A DNA stretch of 64,000 bases. Origin: Candidatus Woesearchaeota archaeon (GTDB lineage: Archaea; Nanobdellota; Nanobdellia; Woesearchaeales; ARS49). How positions within the stretch are numbered: the first letter of the stretch is position 1; each line of letters starts with the position of its first letter. Of the stretch, positions 9,851 through 18,659 are shown in pieces. The stretch lies in assembly GCA_030750765.1 (NCBI GenBank), contig JASMHM010000001.1, forward strand, positions 334,696-398,695, written 5' to 3'. Both the position numbers and the translations under genes were made by a program. The notes under the pieces are model-generated. The model was given only the letters and a program-made list of their open reading frames with translations. It was not told where the DNA came from and did not search any database.

Positions 9851-10900
9851 ATGATTAGGACGAGAACACCGTTCCGCATCACGCTCGGCGGAGGAGGCAC
9901 AGACCTGGCATCCTACTACGAACAGCACGGAGGCATGTGCCTTGCCGCAGCCGTTTCTTTGAATCTAGATATTCTCTTAAAACCCGCATGGGAGCAAGAT
10001 GACATCCTCGCACACTACTCAGAAAGCGAAAGAGTGCAGAGCCTGGAAGAGCTCAAAAATGAAAGATTAAGAGAATGCCTACGATATGCAGGCATCACCA
10101 AAAGAATAGAAGTTGCAAGCTTTGCCAGCGTAGGACCCAAGACAGGATTAGGAAGCAGCTCCAGTTTTGTTGTGGGATTACTCAAATCACTCTACGCCAT
10201 CCAAAATATTCACATTGACAAAGAAGAATTAGCACGAGCAGCATGCGAAGTAGAAGTAAACATACTCAAAAAACCCATGGGCAAACAAGATCAATACGCA
10301 GCAGCCTTTGGCGGCATGCAAATGTTCACCTTCGACCCTAATGGTGACGTGCGAGTAGAGCACATCAGCATGCCACGAACAAAAAGACAAGAATTGGACG
10401 AAAGACTACTACTTTTCTGGACAGGCGTGAGCAGAGACAGCGAAAGCGTGCTCAAAGACCAAGTGGTTCGCTCCGAAGAGATGGACCAAGACATGATGGA
10501 AAACTTACACCGAGTAAAAGAACTAGGCTTTGACAGCAAAGCAGCACTCCACAAAGGAGATCTAGAAAGGTTCGGCCAACTAATGCACACCCACTGGGAA
10601 AACAAGATCAAAAGAAGCCCAAACATGACCACAGAGAGCATCAGCAAATGGTACAACACCGGCATGGCCAACGGCGCAGTGGGCGGCAAGCTCGTGGGTG
10701 CCGGCGGTGGCGGATTCCTAATGTTCCTCGCAGATGACTCAGAAAAATTACGCTTAGCAATGAAGCAAGAAGGATTACAAGAAATCAGTTTCAATTTTGA
10801 CTCCGAAGGTTCAAGGGTGGTAGAAGACGACCGAAACCACAAGGTTGAAGTAGTAGGAATACAAGACGGAGTTAAAATGAAGGAGTTACAATGGCCATAG
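9851..10900 (+). CDS. GHMP-family sugar kinase (second HddA-like copy)
   Basis: MIRTRTPFRITLGGGGTD, GPKTGLGSSSSF and GGKLVGAGGGGF motifs. Confidence 0.8.
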   Translation: MIRTRTPFRITLGGGGTDLASYYEQHGGMCLAAAVSLNLDILLKPAWEQDDILAHYSESERVQSLEELKNERLRECLRYAGITKRIEVASFASVGPKTGLGSSSSFVVGLLKSLYAIQNIHIDKEELARAACEVEVNILKKPMGKQDQYAAAFGGMQMFTFDPNGDVRVEHISMPRTKRQELDERLLLFWTGVSRDSESVLKDQVVRSEEMDQDMMENLHRVKELGFDSKAALHKGDLERFGQLMHTHWENKIKRSPNMTTESISKWYNTGMANGAVGGKLVGAGGGGFLMFLADDSEKLRLAMKQEGLQEISFNFDSEGSRVVEDDRNHKVEVVGIQDGVKMKELQWP

Positions 10901-11604
10901 AAGAAATCAACACAAACATATACCCAACAGAGGAAATCAGCGTGGAGCCACTAGCTCCAATAGAAGAAGCAGAAATAGACACGGACGTCTTTGTACGCAC
11001 CTTCCTAAGCGAAGGACTACAACATCTCGGCAGTTTAATGATGAGCGAAGCCAACAACCGAGGTCTAAGCCTAGCACTAAAAGCACTCGACAGGTGCAGA
11101 CGCGACAAAAAAAGAATATTTCTCATAGGAAACGGCGGCAGCGCAAGCACCGCACAACACCTAACCAGCGACCTAAACAAATGGGCCACAGGAGACGGAC
11201 AAGCACCCGTGAGAGCCATCTGCCTGAATGACAACATGTCCAGCATGACTGCGCTAACCAACGACGACGGCTGGGAAAACGTGTACGAAGCACAACTAAA
11301 AAATCTAGAAGCCGAAGCAGGCGACGTTATCATCGCAATATCCGTCCACGGCGGAAAGGGATCAGACGCTGCCGGCGTGTGGAGTCAGAATCTAACCAAA
11401 GCGATCGCCAATGTCAAAGAACATGGAGGTTATGCCGTAGGCATCACCGGCTTTGATGGTGGCGCAATGGCAGAATTATGCGACGCCCACATCAACGTAC
11501 CCGCAGAAAGCACACCGCATGTAGAAGGTCTGCACCTTGTAGTCACACACTGCATCGTTGACGGTCTTAGAGTGATGGCGATGGGCAACTACCAGGAAAA
11601 GTGA
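10891..11604 (+). CDS. SIS-domain sugar-phosphate isomerase (phosphoheptose isomerase GmhA-like) with acidic N-terminal extension
   Basis: SIS motif IGNGGSASTAQH, about 190 aa of SIS core plus a ~45 aa acidic leader. Confidence 0.65.
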   Translation: MAIEEINTNIYPTEEISVEPLAPIEEAEIDTDVFVRTFLSEGLQHLGSLMMSEANNRGLSLALKALDRCRRDKKRIFLIGNGGSASTAQHLTSDLNKWATGDGQAPVRAICLNDNMSSMTALTNDDGWENVYEAQLKNLEAEAGDVIIAISVHGGKGSDAAGVWSQNLTKAIANVKEHGGYAVGITGFDGGAMAELCDAHINVPAESTPHVEGLHLVVTHCIVDGLRVMAMGNYQEK

Positions 11605-12035
11605 AAATTTCCAGCCCAGAATTTGGTAACATGCAGGATATTCCTGCAAAATTTACCTGTCAAGGGGAAGACATCAACCCCCCTTTGAAAATCGAGGACG
11701 TTCCTGAGCATACTGAAAGCTTGGTTCTCATCATGGACGATCCTGACTCTCCCACAGGAACGTGGGATCATTGGGTGGTGTGGAACATTGCACCTTCAAC
11801 AAAAGAAATTCCAGAACATTCAAAGCCAGGCGTGGAGGGTATGAACACTTGGCCCAAGCTAGGCTATGGCGGACCGTGTCCTGCATCAGGAAAGCACCGC
11901 TACGTCTTCACCCTGTACGCTCTAGACACCACCTTAGATCTTCCGGCTACGTCCACAAAGAAAGACGTTGAAAGCGAGATGGAACACCACATTCTAGAAA
12001 AAACGGAACTTATTGGTTTGTTTGAGAAGAGCTAG
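11601..12035 (+). CDS. PEBP-family protein (YbhB/YbcL-like)
   Basis: DDPDSPTGTWDHW and GKHRYVFTLYALD motifs of phosphatidylethanolamine-binding proteins. GTG start. Confidence 0.7.
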   Translation: MKISSPEFGNMQDIPAKFTCQGEDINPPLKIEDVPEHTESLVLIMDDPDSPTGTWDHWVVWNIAPSTKEIPEHSKPGVEGMNTWPKLGYGGPCPASGKHRYVFTLYALDTTLDLPATSTKKDVESEMEHHILEKTELIGLFEKS

Positions 12036-12558
12036 TGCCAAGACTGGAAGCGATACGACACAAGTGACCTCGGAACTTGCGCATTAGATGAGTTTCTCCA
12101 ATAAACTTCACGTACGTTTGTAAAAAAGATTTCACATCGTCTCGAGAAATTTCGAGTATCTTTGTAGCTTCTCTCTCAGTTTTGTACGTTCTAAACAAAT
12201 GTAGTGCATCCTCCACCAGCCTAAATTCATAGTTCGTATTGTGTAGTCCATTTGTGAACCTTAAAAAATCATAGGCCGAATTATTGAAATCAGGTAAAGG
12301 TAACCCTCCGACCAACTCCTCAGCGTCCTCCAACTCCCCCTCCAAGTCATGATCGTGCTTGTAGGGCACGTCCGGTACCATTCCTTCCAACGAGGTAGGA
12401 ACGCCTATCTGCCTCTCGTACAGAGTGATCATTATTGGAAGCTTGGTAGTGTAAAGATAACCAATATTGTAGACCTGGCCATCGCACTCCAAGATAGTGT
12501 CTGAATGATTTCCTTCGAGAACAAATTGGAAACGCATGGCATGTGCACCGTCGCACAA
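12010..12558 (-). CDS. hypothetical protein (182 aa)
   Basis: ORF co-directional with and upstream of the GT2 gene. Overlaps the convergent PEBP gene by 26 nt. Confidence 0.4.
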   Translation of the reverse strand: MCDGAHAMRFQFVLEGNHSDTILECDGQVYNIGYLYTTKLPIMITLYERQIGVPTSLEGMVPDVPYKHDHDLEGELEDAEELVGGLPLPDFNNSAYDFLRFTNGLHNTNYEFRLVEDALHLFRTYKTEREATKILEISRDDVKSFLQTYVKFIGETHLMRKFRGHLCRIASSLGTSSSQTNQ

Positions 12559-12568
12559 CTCTTAAGGT

Positions 12569-13333
12569 TTAGTCTTTCTTGAAGCCCTGTTTGCGTTCGT
12601 AATACTTCAGATATTTGGCCACTTGGTAGAAGCCACTGCACAAGCTGTAGAAAAGTCCTCCAAAACCGCGTCGCCACAAGCCTCGGAACACGTACCAGTA
12701 TCCAAATTCTATCCAAGGTCTTACCGCAACCTGACCAATAAGACGCGGCATGTTGAGAGGGACGCTATCCGCCATTCTTCTCCCTTCAATGTTAGTATGA
12801 TGGTTAAACCGGTTGATGTAGTCCTCTGCATCAGCGATGCTATCATGGTAGAGCGTGCCTGCTAGTGTTCCTACTTGTCCATCCATATACACCTTCTCAT
12901 GTACTGCGTGCCTGAACTCTCCCTTGCTCTTCCGGTACAGGCGAAGAATAGGAATGGTATGCACATACGTGTTGAGGAAAGTGAAATCCTTACGATTTAT
13001 GTTGAATCCCACAAATTGTTCTTGGTTAATGGCATGACCTATCGCGTCAAACAATGTCTTATCAACATACTCATCCGAATCCAAAGAAAAGACCCAGTCA
13101 TGCTTGGCTTTGGCCACGGCAAGATTCTTGAGCTTTGCTCCAGTCACCGTACGGTTTTTGTCATCAAAGATAAACACCTTTTTCGTGTACTTTTTGGCTA
13201 TCTTGACCGTGCCATCCTTGCTCTGGCTATCCCACACGATGATGTCATCTGAAAGCTTCTTCACAGCTTCCAAACACTTCTTGATAGTGCGCTCTGAGTT
13301 CTTTGTTAAGATAACTATACTTACCGGCATCAT
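12569..13333 (-). CDS. glycosyltransferase family 2
   Basis: SIVILTKNSE N-terminus, DSQSKDGT and a DxD (LDSDE) motif. Confidence 0.8.
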   Translation of the reverse strand: MMPVSIVILTKNSERTIKKCLEAVKKLSDDIIVWDSQSKDGTVKIAKKYTKKVFIFDDKNRTVTGAKLKNLAVAKAKHDWVFSLDSDEYVDKTLFDAIGHAINQEQFVGFNINRKDFTFLNTYVHTIPILRLYRKSKGEFRHAVHEKVYMDGQVGTLAGTLYHDSIADAEDYINRFNHHTNIEGRRMADSVPLNMPRLIGQVAVRPWIEFGYWYVFRGLWRRGFGGLFYSLCSGFYQVAKYLKYYERKQGFKKD

Positions 13334-13412
13334 CCTACCCTTCGCAGACGGTTTTTAAAGCTGTTGGACTCGCTGTCCTCACGTTTATAAGGCTACTTTG
13401 AACAACCTCACC

Positions 13413-14015
13413 ATGCTTGTCCCTAAGCAATATGTGTATAGACGACTGCAATACTGGAACTTGGAACACTTCCGGCGTGGATACGGTCACCGTGCTGCGG
13501 CAGCCGTACAGGAAAAAATGGTGGCTCATTGCGCTGAACACGGCTGGCCAAGAGAGCACGGATCCGCCGAACACTGTGTGAACTATTTCAGCGCGGCATC
13601 CGCAGAAGCCAGAGTACACATGTTCTGGTACAAGGTAGAAAAATGGGAAATATATCGCGCACAACCGGACAAACACCCAATGGAAGTAGAGTACGGAGAG
13701 GCCTTCGTTGATGCCCACGTGCCCGCAATGGAGATGGCAGGAAAAGCAAGAACACACATCAATGAACGGTATCCTGACGATGCAACAGATGACGACCTTG
13801 ACCTCTGCTTCTTAGACGTGTTTGAGGGATGGCGAGGGTGGGCAGACATGCTAGTTACCCAATCTGAAAAATCCATAGCTGCTTTTAGCTTTACGAATGC
13901 GCGAGATGACGACCCCGTAACCCCCGAAGAGTTTGCTCGCATAATAGCACGTAGTGAGAGGATACGATACGGTCTGCCGCTCATGGCGGAAAAGATGTTT
14001 GGTAGGATTCATTGA
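13413..14015 (+). CDS. hypothetical protein (His/Glu-rich, ~200 aa)
   Basis: ATG 13413 lies 22 nt after TATA gtttataagg. The track's TTG 13398 is rejected. Confidence 0.45.
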   Translation: MLVPKQYVYRRLQYWNLEHFRRGYGHRAAAAVQEKMVAHCAEHGWPREHGSAEHCVNYFSAASAEARVHMFWYKVEKWEIYRAQPDKHPMEVEYGEAFVDAHVPAMEMAGKARTHINERYPDDATDDDLDLCFLDVFEGWRGWADMLVTQSEKSIAAFSFTNARDDDPVTPEEFARIIARSERIRYGLPLMAEKMFGRIH

Positions 14016-14050
14016 GCCAACTTTATATAGCGCGTCCTACAAGGAAATGA

Positions 14051-14719
14051 ATGGTCAAATACTACACCAGCGAAGAGATTCTCAAGAAAAAGGATGAGAT
14101 AACCGCTGCGCTGGCCAGAGAGAACTGCATTCGCGGCAAATTCTTCGAGATGATCCAAGCCAGGATCTCTGAGCTCCCAAAAACAGCCTCCATCCTAGAA
14201 CTAGGACCTGGAGCAGGATATGCTCTAGATGCCTTGAACCAAGCCGGATTCTCCAACCTCCACAACGTGGACATCGATGACTACCTGCAATTTAAGGAAT
14301 TCAAGAAACGTTTCAAAAAGTGCGATCTCAACACACAAAAACTGCCGTACAAAGACAACACCTTCGATTGCGTGCTAGCATTAGAAGTATTTGAGCACCT
14401 AGAGAACTTTCCTTTTGCATTGAGAGAATGCGCAAGAGTGCTCAAAAAAGGAGGGCTCTTAGTCTTTTCGCGACCCAACGGCTGGAGCATCTACAACAGA
14501 ATACGCTACCTCAAAGGAGCCAACACTACGGTGGTTACGCCAGGCAACAACCACATCAACGACATGAGCAGGAACCTTTTGATGAAACTTACTGAAAAAT
14601 ACTTCAAATTTGAAAGGATCATCGCAGAACCTGCAGTTGTCCCCTTAATACACATACCGATCAAAGGAAGAGTGTTGTTTTCTGACCATCTATGCTTTGT
14701 TTTCAAGAAAGCTTTTTAA
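14051..14719 (+). CDS. class I SAM-dependent methyltransferase
   Basis: Motif I ILELGPGAGY, post-I acidic residue, and VLKKGGLLVFSRPN. TATA ctttatatag 26 nt upstream. Confidence 0.75.
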   Translation: MVKYYTSEEILKKKDEITAALARENCIRGKFFEMIQARISELPKTASILELGPGAGYALDALNQAGFSNLHNVDIDDYLQFKEFKKRFKKCDLNTQKLPYKDNTFDCVLALEVFEHLENFPFALRECARVLKKGGLLVFSRPNGWSIYNRIRYLKGANTTVVTPGNNHINDMSRNLLMKLTEKYFKFERIIAEPAVVPLIHIPIKGRVLFSDHLCFVFKKAF

Positions 14720-14733
14720 GGGCTTGACAAACG

Positions 14734-16116
14734 ATGCAGGCAATGGATACTATCTTAGTCTTGTGTACTGAAGGCGCAAGCTATCGCAATTTTGTCAACG
14801 CAGGCGTAATTGATGAACTAAAAAAGAAAGCAAAGATAGTGCTCGTCTGTGCAGACTGGATGGAGGAACACCTCAGAAAAAAGTATCCGGATCTTGCTCT
14901 AGAAATCGTATACGAACCCGGAAAAGCAGAGAGCATTGCAGACCATATTCGAATGACCAAGACGATCTACCGCGCTTCTGTCTGGCCAGACATTCAGACA
15001 AGTACCTTCAAGATTATTCGAGGAAGAACCATCAAAGAGCAACCCATCAAGTTCTGGATACGAAGAGGAATGGCCATTGCCTCAAGACCTGCAATAATCC
15101 AGGCAGGTCTGCGAAAGATTGCATGGCTGTGGCCAAAAAAACCAGTCAAAGAATTGTTCCAAAAGTATGACATCACCAAAGTTTTTTCCACCAACGTCCT
15201 CTGTCTTGACCATGTTCCCTACGCCGAATACGCACTCTGGAAGAACATACCTCTTGTTGCTGCGGTGCTGAGTTGGGACAACATGACCAGCAAAGGAACG
15301 CCCATGTACCTACCTAACCGATTACTCATGTGGGGACCAAAACAAAAAAAAGAGTGTATAAATCTGCACAACCTTCCAGAAAATATCTTGAGGGAGTGCG
15401 GAGCAGCACAGTTCGACTGTTACTTCAAGAACGACATACCCACAAAGTCAGAAGTGTTCAGCAAACTCAAGATACCCAAAAACGCCAAAGTGATAACCTA
15501 CGTTGGAGGAATTCCTGCCAACGTCATGGGCATGACTGCAGAAAACGAAAAAGTCATCGTAGACACCATACTCCAAGGAATGGATGATGGAAGCCTTCCA
15601 AGTGAAGCCATTCTTGTTATCCGCCCACACCCTGGCGTCAAGGACTGGGAACAGTACCAGACCTTTGAAAAACATCCAAAAGTAAGAATGAACTATCCTG
15701 CATGGTTCTTGCAGGGCAAAGAACCACCAAAAAGTTGGAATCCCAACTGGGAAGACCACAAATTCATGGGAGCCTTGATGAAGTACAGTAGCGTGGCTAT
15801 AACCCCCGGAGGAAGTGCCACCCTTGATGCAGCCTGCTTTGACAATCCTGCGGTAAACGTGTACTTTGACACGCCACCAAGACCTTATCTCTTTAGCCTG
15901 AAGAGCCACTGTGACTTTGCTCATCTGATATACCTACGAGAGTTCAGAGCCACCCCCTTTGTGGAGAGCACCGACGAACTATTAGAAGAAGTCAAGGACG
16001 GCTTTGAAAAACCAGCCAAATACAAGGAAGGCAGGAAGAAAATGTTGGACTCCATTATAGGAGCGCAAGACGGAAAAAGTGCGGTTCGCACTGCAGAAGA
16101 AGTTCTGGACGCATAG
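14734..16116 (+). CDS. putative TagB/TagF-like glycerophosphotransferase-family or GT-B-like enzyme
   Basis: IRPHPG and YSSVAITPGG...FDNPAVNVYFD segments resemble the PF04464-type catalytic region. This is a weak by-eye call. Confidence 0.4.
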   Translation: MQAMDTILVLCTEGASYRNFVNAGVIDELKKKAKIVLVCADWMEEHLRKKYPDLALEIVYEPGKAESIADHIRMTKTIYRASVWPDIQTSTFKIIRGRTIKEQPIKFWIRRGMAIASRPAIIQAGLRKIAWLWPKKPVKELFQKYDITKVFSTNVLCLDHVPYAEYALWKNIPLVAAVLSWDNMTSKGTPMYLPNRLLMWGPKQKKECINLHNLPENILRECGAAQFDCYFKNDIPTKSEVFSKLKIPKNAKVITYVGGIPANVMGMTAENEKVIVDTILQGMDDGSLPSEAILVIRPHPGVKDWEQYQTFEKHPKVRMNYPAWFLQGKEPPKSWNPNWEDHKFMGALMKYSSVAITPGGSATLDAACFDNPAVNVYFDTPPRPYLFSLKSHCDFAHLIYLREFRATPFVESTDELLEEVKDGFEKPAKYKEGRKKMLDSIIGAQDGKSAVRTAEEVLDA

Positions 16117-16165
16117 ACTCCAAGTTCGGAAACCTTAATAAACGGCTTGCAGGTCCAACTGTAAA

Positions 16166-16897
16166 ATGATGCCAAGATTCTTTATCGACAGCAGCGACAT
16201 CAACGAGATTCGCACTGCCTATGAAACCGGTCTAGCCTTTGGTGTTACTACAAACCCACTAATCATTCTCAAGAACAATCCTGATCTAAGCATGCGCGAT
16301 GCCATACAAAAAATCTTAAGCACAGTACCAAACATCCCAATCAGTGTCCAAGTGACCGAGCAGGACCCAAGAAAGATGGTCCAGCAAGGCAAGGAATACC
16401 ATTCCTGGGGCCCAGAAAGGATCGTTGTCAAAATCCCTATGGGTGTTGTGCATAATGGAACGCCAAGCACGTATGCGATCAAAGAACTAGCAAGAGTGGG
16501 CATCCCTGTCAACGTGACAAGCTGTATGACCCGAGACCAAGCCTACGCCGGCATCGCTGCTGGAGCCCGCTACCTTTCCTTGTTCTGGTGCAGAATAAAA
16601 GATTCTGGCGGCAACCCAGAAGCAGAAACAAGAGCTACCAGAGAGATGATCCAAAAAGGCTTCCACTTCTCAGAACCACAACCCAAAGAAATCATTGTGG
16701 GCAGCTTAAGAGAGCCAGAAAACGTCTTCCAGGCCATGCAAGCAGGAGCACACATCATCACCATACCCTTCCTAAAGAAAGACGGTTCACCCCTGTTTGG
16801 CGCTGTCGTAGATCAGATGATCAACCACGAACGAACCGTAAGCACGAACGAAGAGTTCTTTGAAAAGGCAAAATCCATCCGCCAAGACGCAACTTAA
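16166..16897 (+). CDS. transaldolase/fructose-6-phosphate aldolase family (Fsa/TalC-like)
   Basis: FFIDSSDINEI, GVTTNP and VKIPMG motifs. Size matches the short transaldolase subfamily. Confidence 0.75.
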   Translation: MMPRFFIDSSDINEIRTAYETGLAFGVTTNPLIILKNNPDLSMRDAIQKILSTVPNIPISVQVTEQDPRKMVQQGKEYHSWGPERIVVKIPMGVVHNGTPSTYAIKELARVGIPVNVTSCMTRDQAYAGIAAGARYLSLFWCRIKDSGGNPEAETRATREMIQKGFHFSEPQPKEIIVGSLREPENVFQAMQAGAHIITIPFLKKDGSPLFGAVVDQMINHERTVSTNEEFFEKAKSIRQDAT

Positions 16898-16922
16898 TAA
16901 GTCTTCTCCTACCTACTATCCC

Positions 16923-17711
16923 ATGGCTAAAGTGCCCATAAGTATCTGTCTCGTAGCTCGCAATGAAGAAGAGTACATCGAGCGCTGCTTGAAGAGTGTC
17001 CATGGATGGGCAAACGAAATCATACTAGTAGACGGTCAGAGCACGGACAAAACTGCTAAAATAGCTCGCAAATACGCCAAAGTATTCGTAAAAGAGAACG
17101 ATCCTTCACATCACGTGAACAAACAATGGACCTTTACCAAAGCAAGAAACAAGTGGGTCTTCTCTTTAGATGCAGATGAAGAGTTAAGCCCTGAGTTGAA
17201 GAAAGAAATCGAAGAAATCATCAAGAACGACACACCCCATAACGGTTTTTACGTTCCTAGAGTCAACATACTGCATGGCGAGCCATTAAGATGGGATTGG
17301 CCAGGGAACATGTTACGCTTGTACAGAAAAGGAAAAGAATCCTTCAAGGGAGAACGATTGCACGAGTACATCCACATCGATGGCAGCGTTGGGCAACTAC
17401 AAGGAAAGCTCATCCACTTTGGCTGGTGGAGGGGAATGCACCAATACCTCTTCAAGATGAACAATTATACAACGTTTGACGCACAAAAACGAGTTGAGTT
17501 GGGACAAACCTACACGCCCTGGATGTTAATCAAGGGCTGTGCCAACCAGATCATCTATCTCGTTGCAAAAAAGATAGCCTTCAACAGGTTCCCGTACGGA
17601 CTCTTCTTTGTGGTAACAGACGTGTTCAACGAGTTTTCATTATTCTTCAAGTACCGCGAGTTCAAGAAGGTCAAAGGACAGCATACGAAAGCGGTGAACA
17701 AGTACGTTTAG
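16923..17711 (+). CDS. glycosyltransferase family 2
   Basis: ISICLVARNEE, DGQSTDKT and LDADEE motifs. ATG 16923 lies 22 nt after a TATA-like ttaataag. The track start 16860 overlaps the transaldolase gene. Confidence 0.75.
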   Translation: MAKVPISICLVARNEEEYIERCLKSVHGWANEIILVDGQSTDKTAKIARKYAKVFVKENDPSHHVNKQWTFTKARNKWVFSLDADEELSPELKKEIEEIIKNDTPHNGFYVPRVNILHGEPLRWDWPGNMLRLYRKGKESFKGERLHEYIHIDGSVGQLQGKLIHFGWWRGMHQYLFKMNNYTTFDAQKRVELGQTYTPWMLIKGCANQIIYLVAKKIAFNRFPYGLFFVVTDVFNEFSLFFKYREFKKVKGQHTKAVNKYV

Positions 17712-18124
17712 TATTCTTCTAACAACTCGACCTTGTCCTTTCTGTCAATCATTTCGTAGAAGCGTTTTGCATCGCATAATGGCAGACAAGGAAGTTTTAG
17801 ATTCTTCCAGTCCACCCAGCAAACCGTGTCTAACATGTTCAGTTCTGGCCGCGTGTCGTAGAAATTCACGTCAACCTCAACTCCCTCCACCTCAAAGGTT
17901 GCGTTGTAGGACTCTATCTCGGGGTTCTGTCGTGCCTCAACACCAAACGCTTTAGCAAACGCATCCACCCCTTCCTTGGTTGTGCAAATGTCAACATCCT
18001 TTGGTTGCACATCAATGTTTTGGACTAGAAGATTACATGAGCCGTCAAGACGCCAAAGAGCTGGAGCTTTTTCGGAGAGCTGTCGTAAGACCTCAAGAAG
18101 TGTTGTTTTGTTCATGATGTCCAA
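17708..18124 (-). CDS. minimal nucleotidyltransferase (Pol-beta superfamily) domain protein
   Basis: hG[GS]x9-13DhD signature: RLDGSCNLLVQNIDVQPKDVDI. 138 aa. Confidence 0.55.
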   Translation of the reverse strand: MDIMNKTTLLEVLRQLSEKAPALWRLDGSCNLLVQNIDVQPKDVDICTTKEGVDAFAKAFGVEARQNPEIESYNATFEVEGVEVDVNFYDTRPELNMLDTVCWVDWKNLKLPCLPLCDAKRFYEMIDRKDKVELLEEY

Positions 18125-18579
18125 AACTCAGTAGGCTGTGATGTAATCATCGAGCCAACGGAACTCATGGTTCCATCATATCTGGCGAAGGCACTTTCCG
18201 CCATGGAGCGGCGATCAGCAAGTGACATTCCTAACATTTGATCCTCTTCTTTCTCCCCAGGTGGCTCAGGCCCCATGCCCTTGGTAAGATACACTTCCAA
18301 CGCGTTTGATTGGCGAAGGAAATAGTTCGCGCGAATAGCTGCTTGCCTTGGAGGGGTAAGACTAAACTCACTGGTGCGTGCAACCAACAATCCATGCGCA
18401 ATCTTCCATGCATTAACGTGGACGTTAAATTCATCTACAGGGTTGCCTTCACGTTCAATACTTTTCTGCTGCATCTCGTGCGTAAATTGAACTAGATCCA
18501 AGTATGATTCTTCTTCCTCGTTTAAACCCATTGCGTTTACCAGAGATGGCAGAGTCACTTGAATGCGCAACGGAATCAT
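18112..18579 (-). CDS. hypothetical protein, predicted partner of the downstream nucleotidyltransferase
   Basis: Overlaps the NTase gene by 13 nt (operon). No clear Rx4-6H HEPN motif found. Confidence 0.4.
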   Translation of the reverse strand: MIPLRIQVTLPSLVNAMGLNEEEESYLDLVQFTHEMQQKSIEREGNPVDEFNVHVNAWKIAHGLLVARTSEFSLTPPRQAAIRANYFLRQSNALEVYLTKGMGPEPPGEKEEDQMLGMSLADRRSMAESAFARYDGTMSSVGSMITSQPTEFWTS

Positions 18580-18659
18580 GGTCCCGCAATCTCTTTTCAG
18601 TTTAAAAACCTGTACCCTGGTTCCTGAACCTTTAAAAAGGCGCTCGAAAGGATAAGTTA

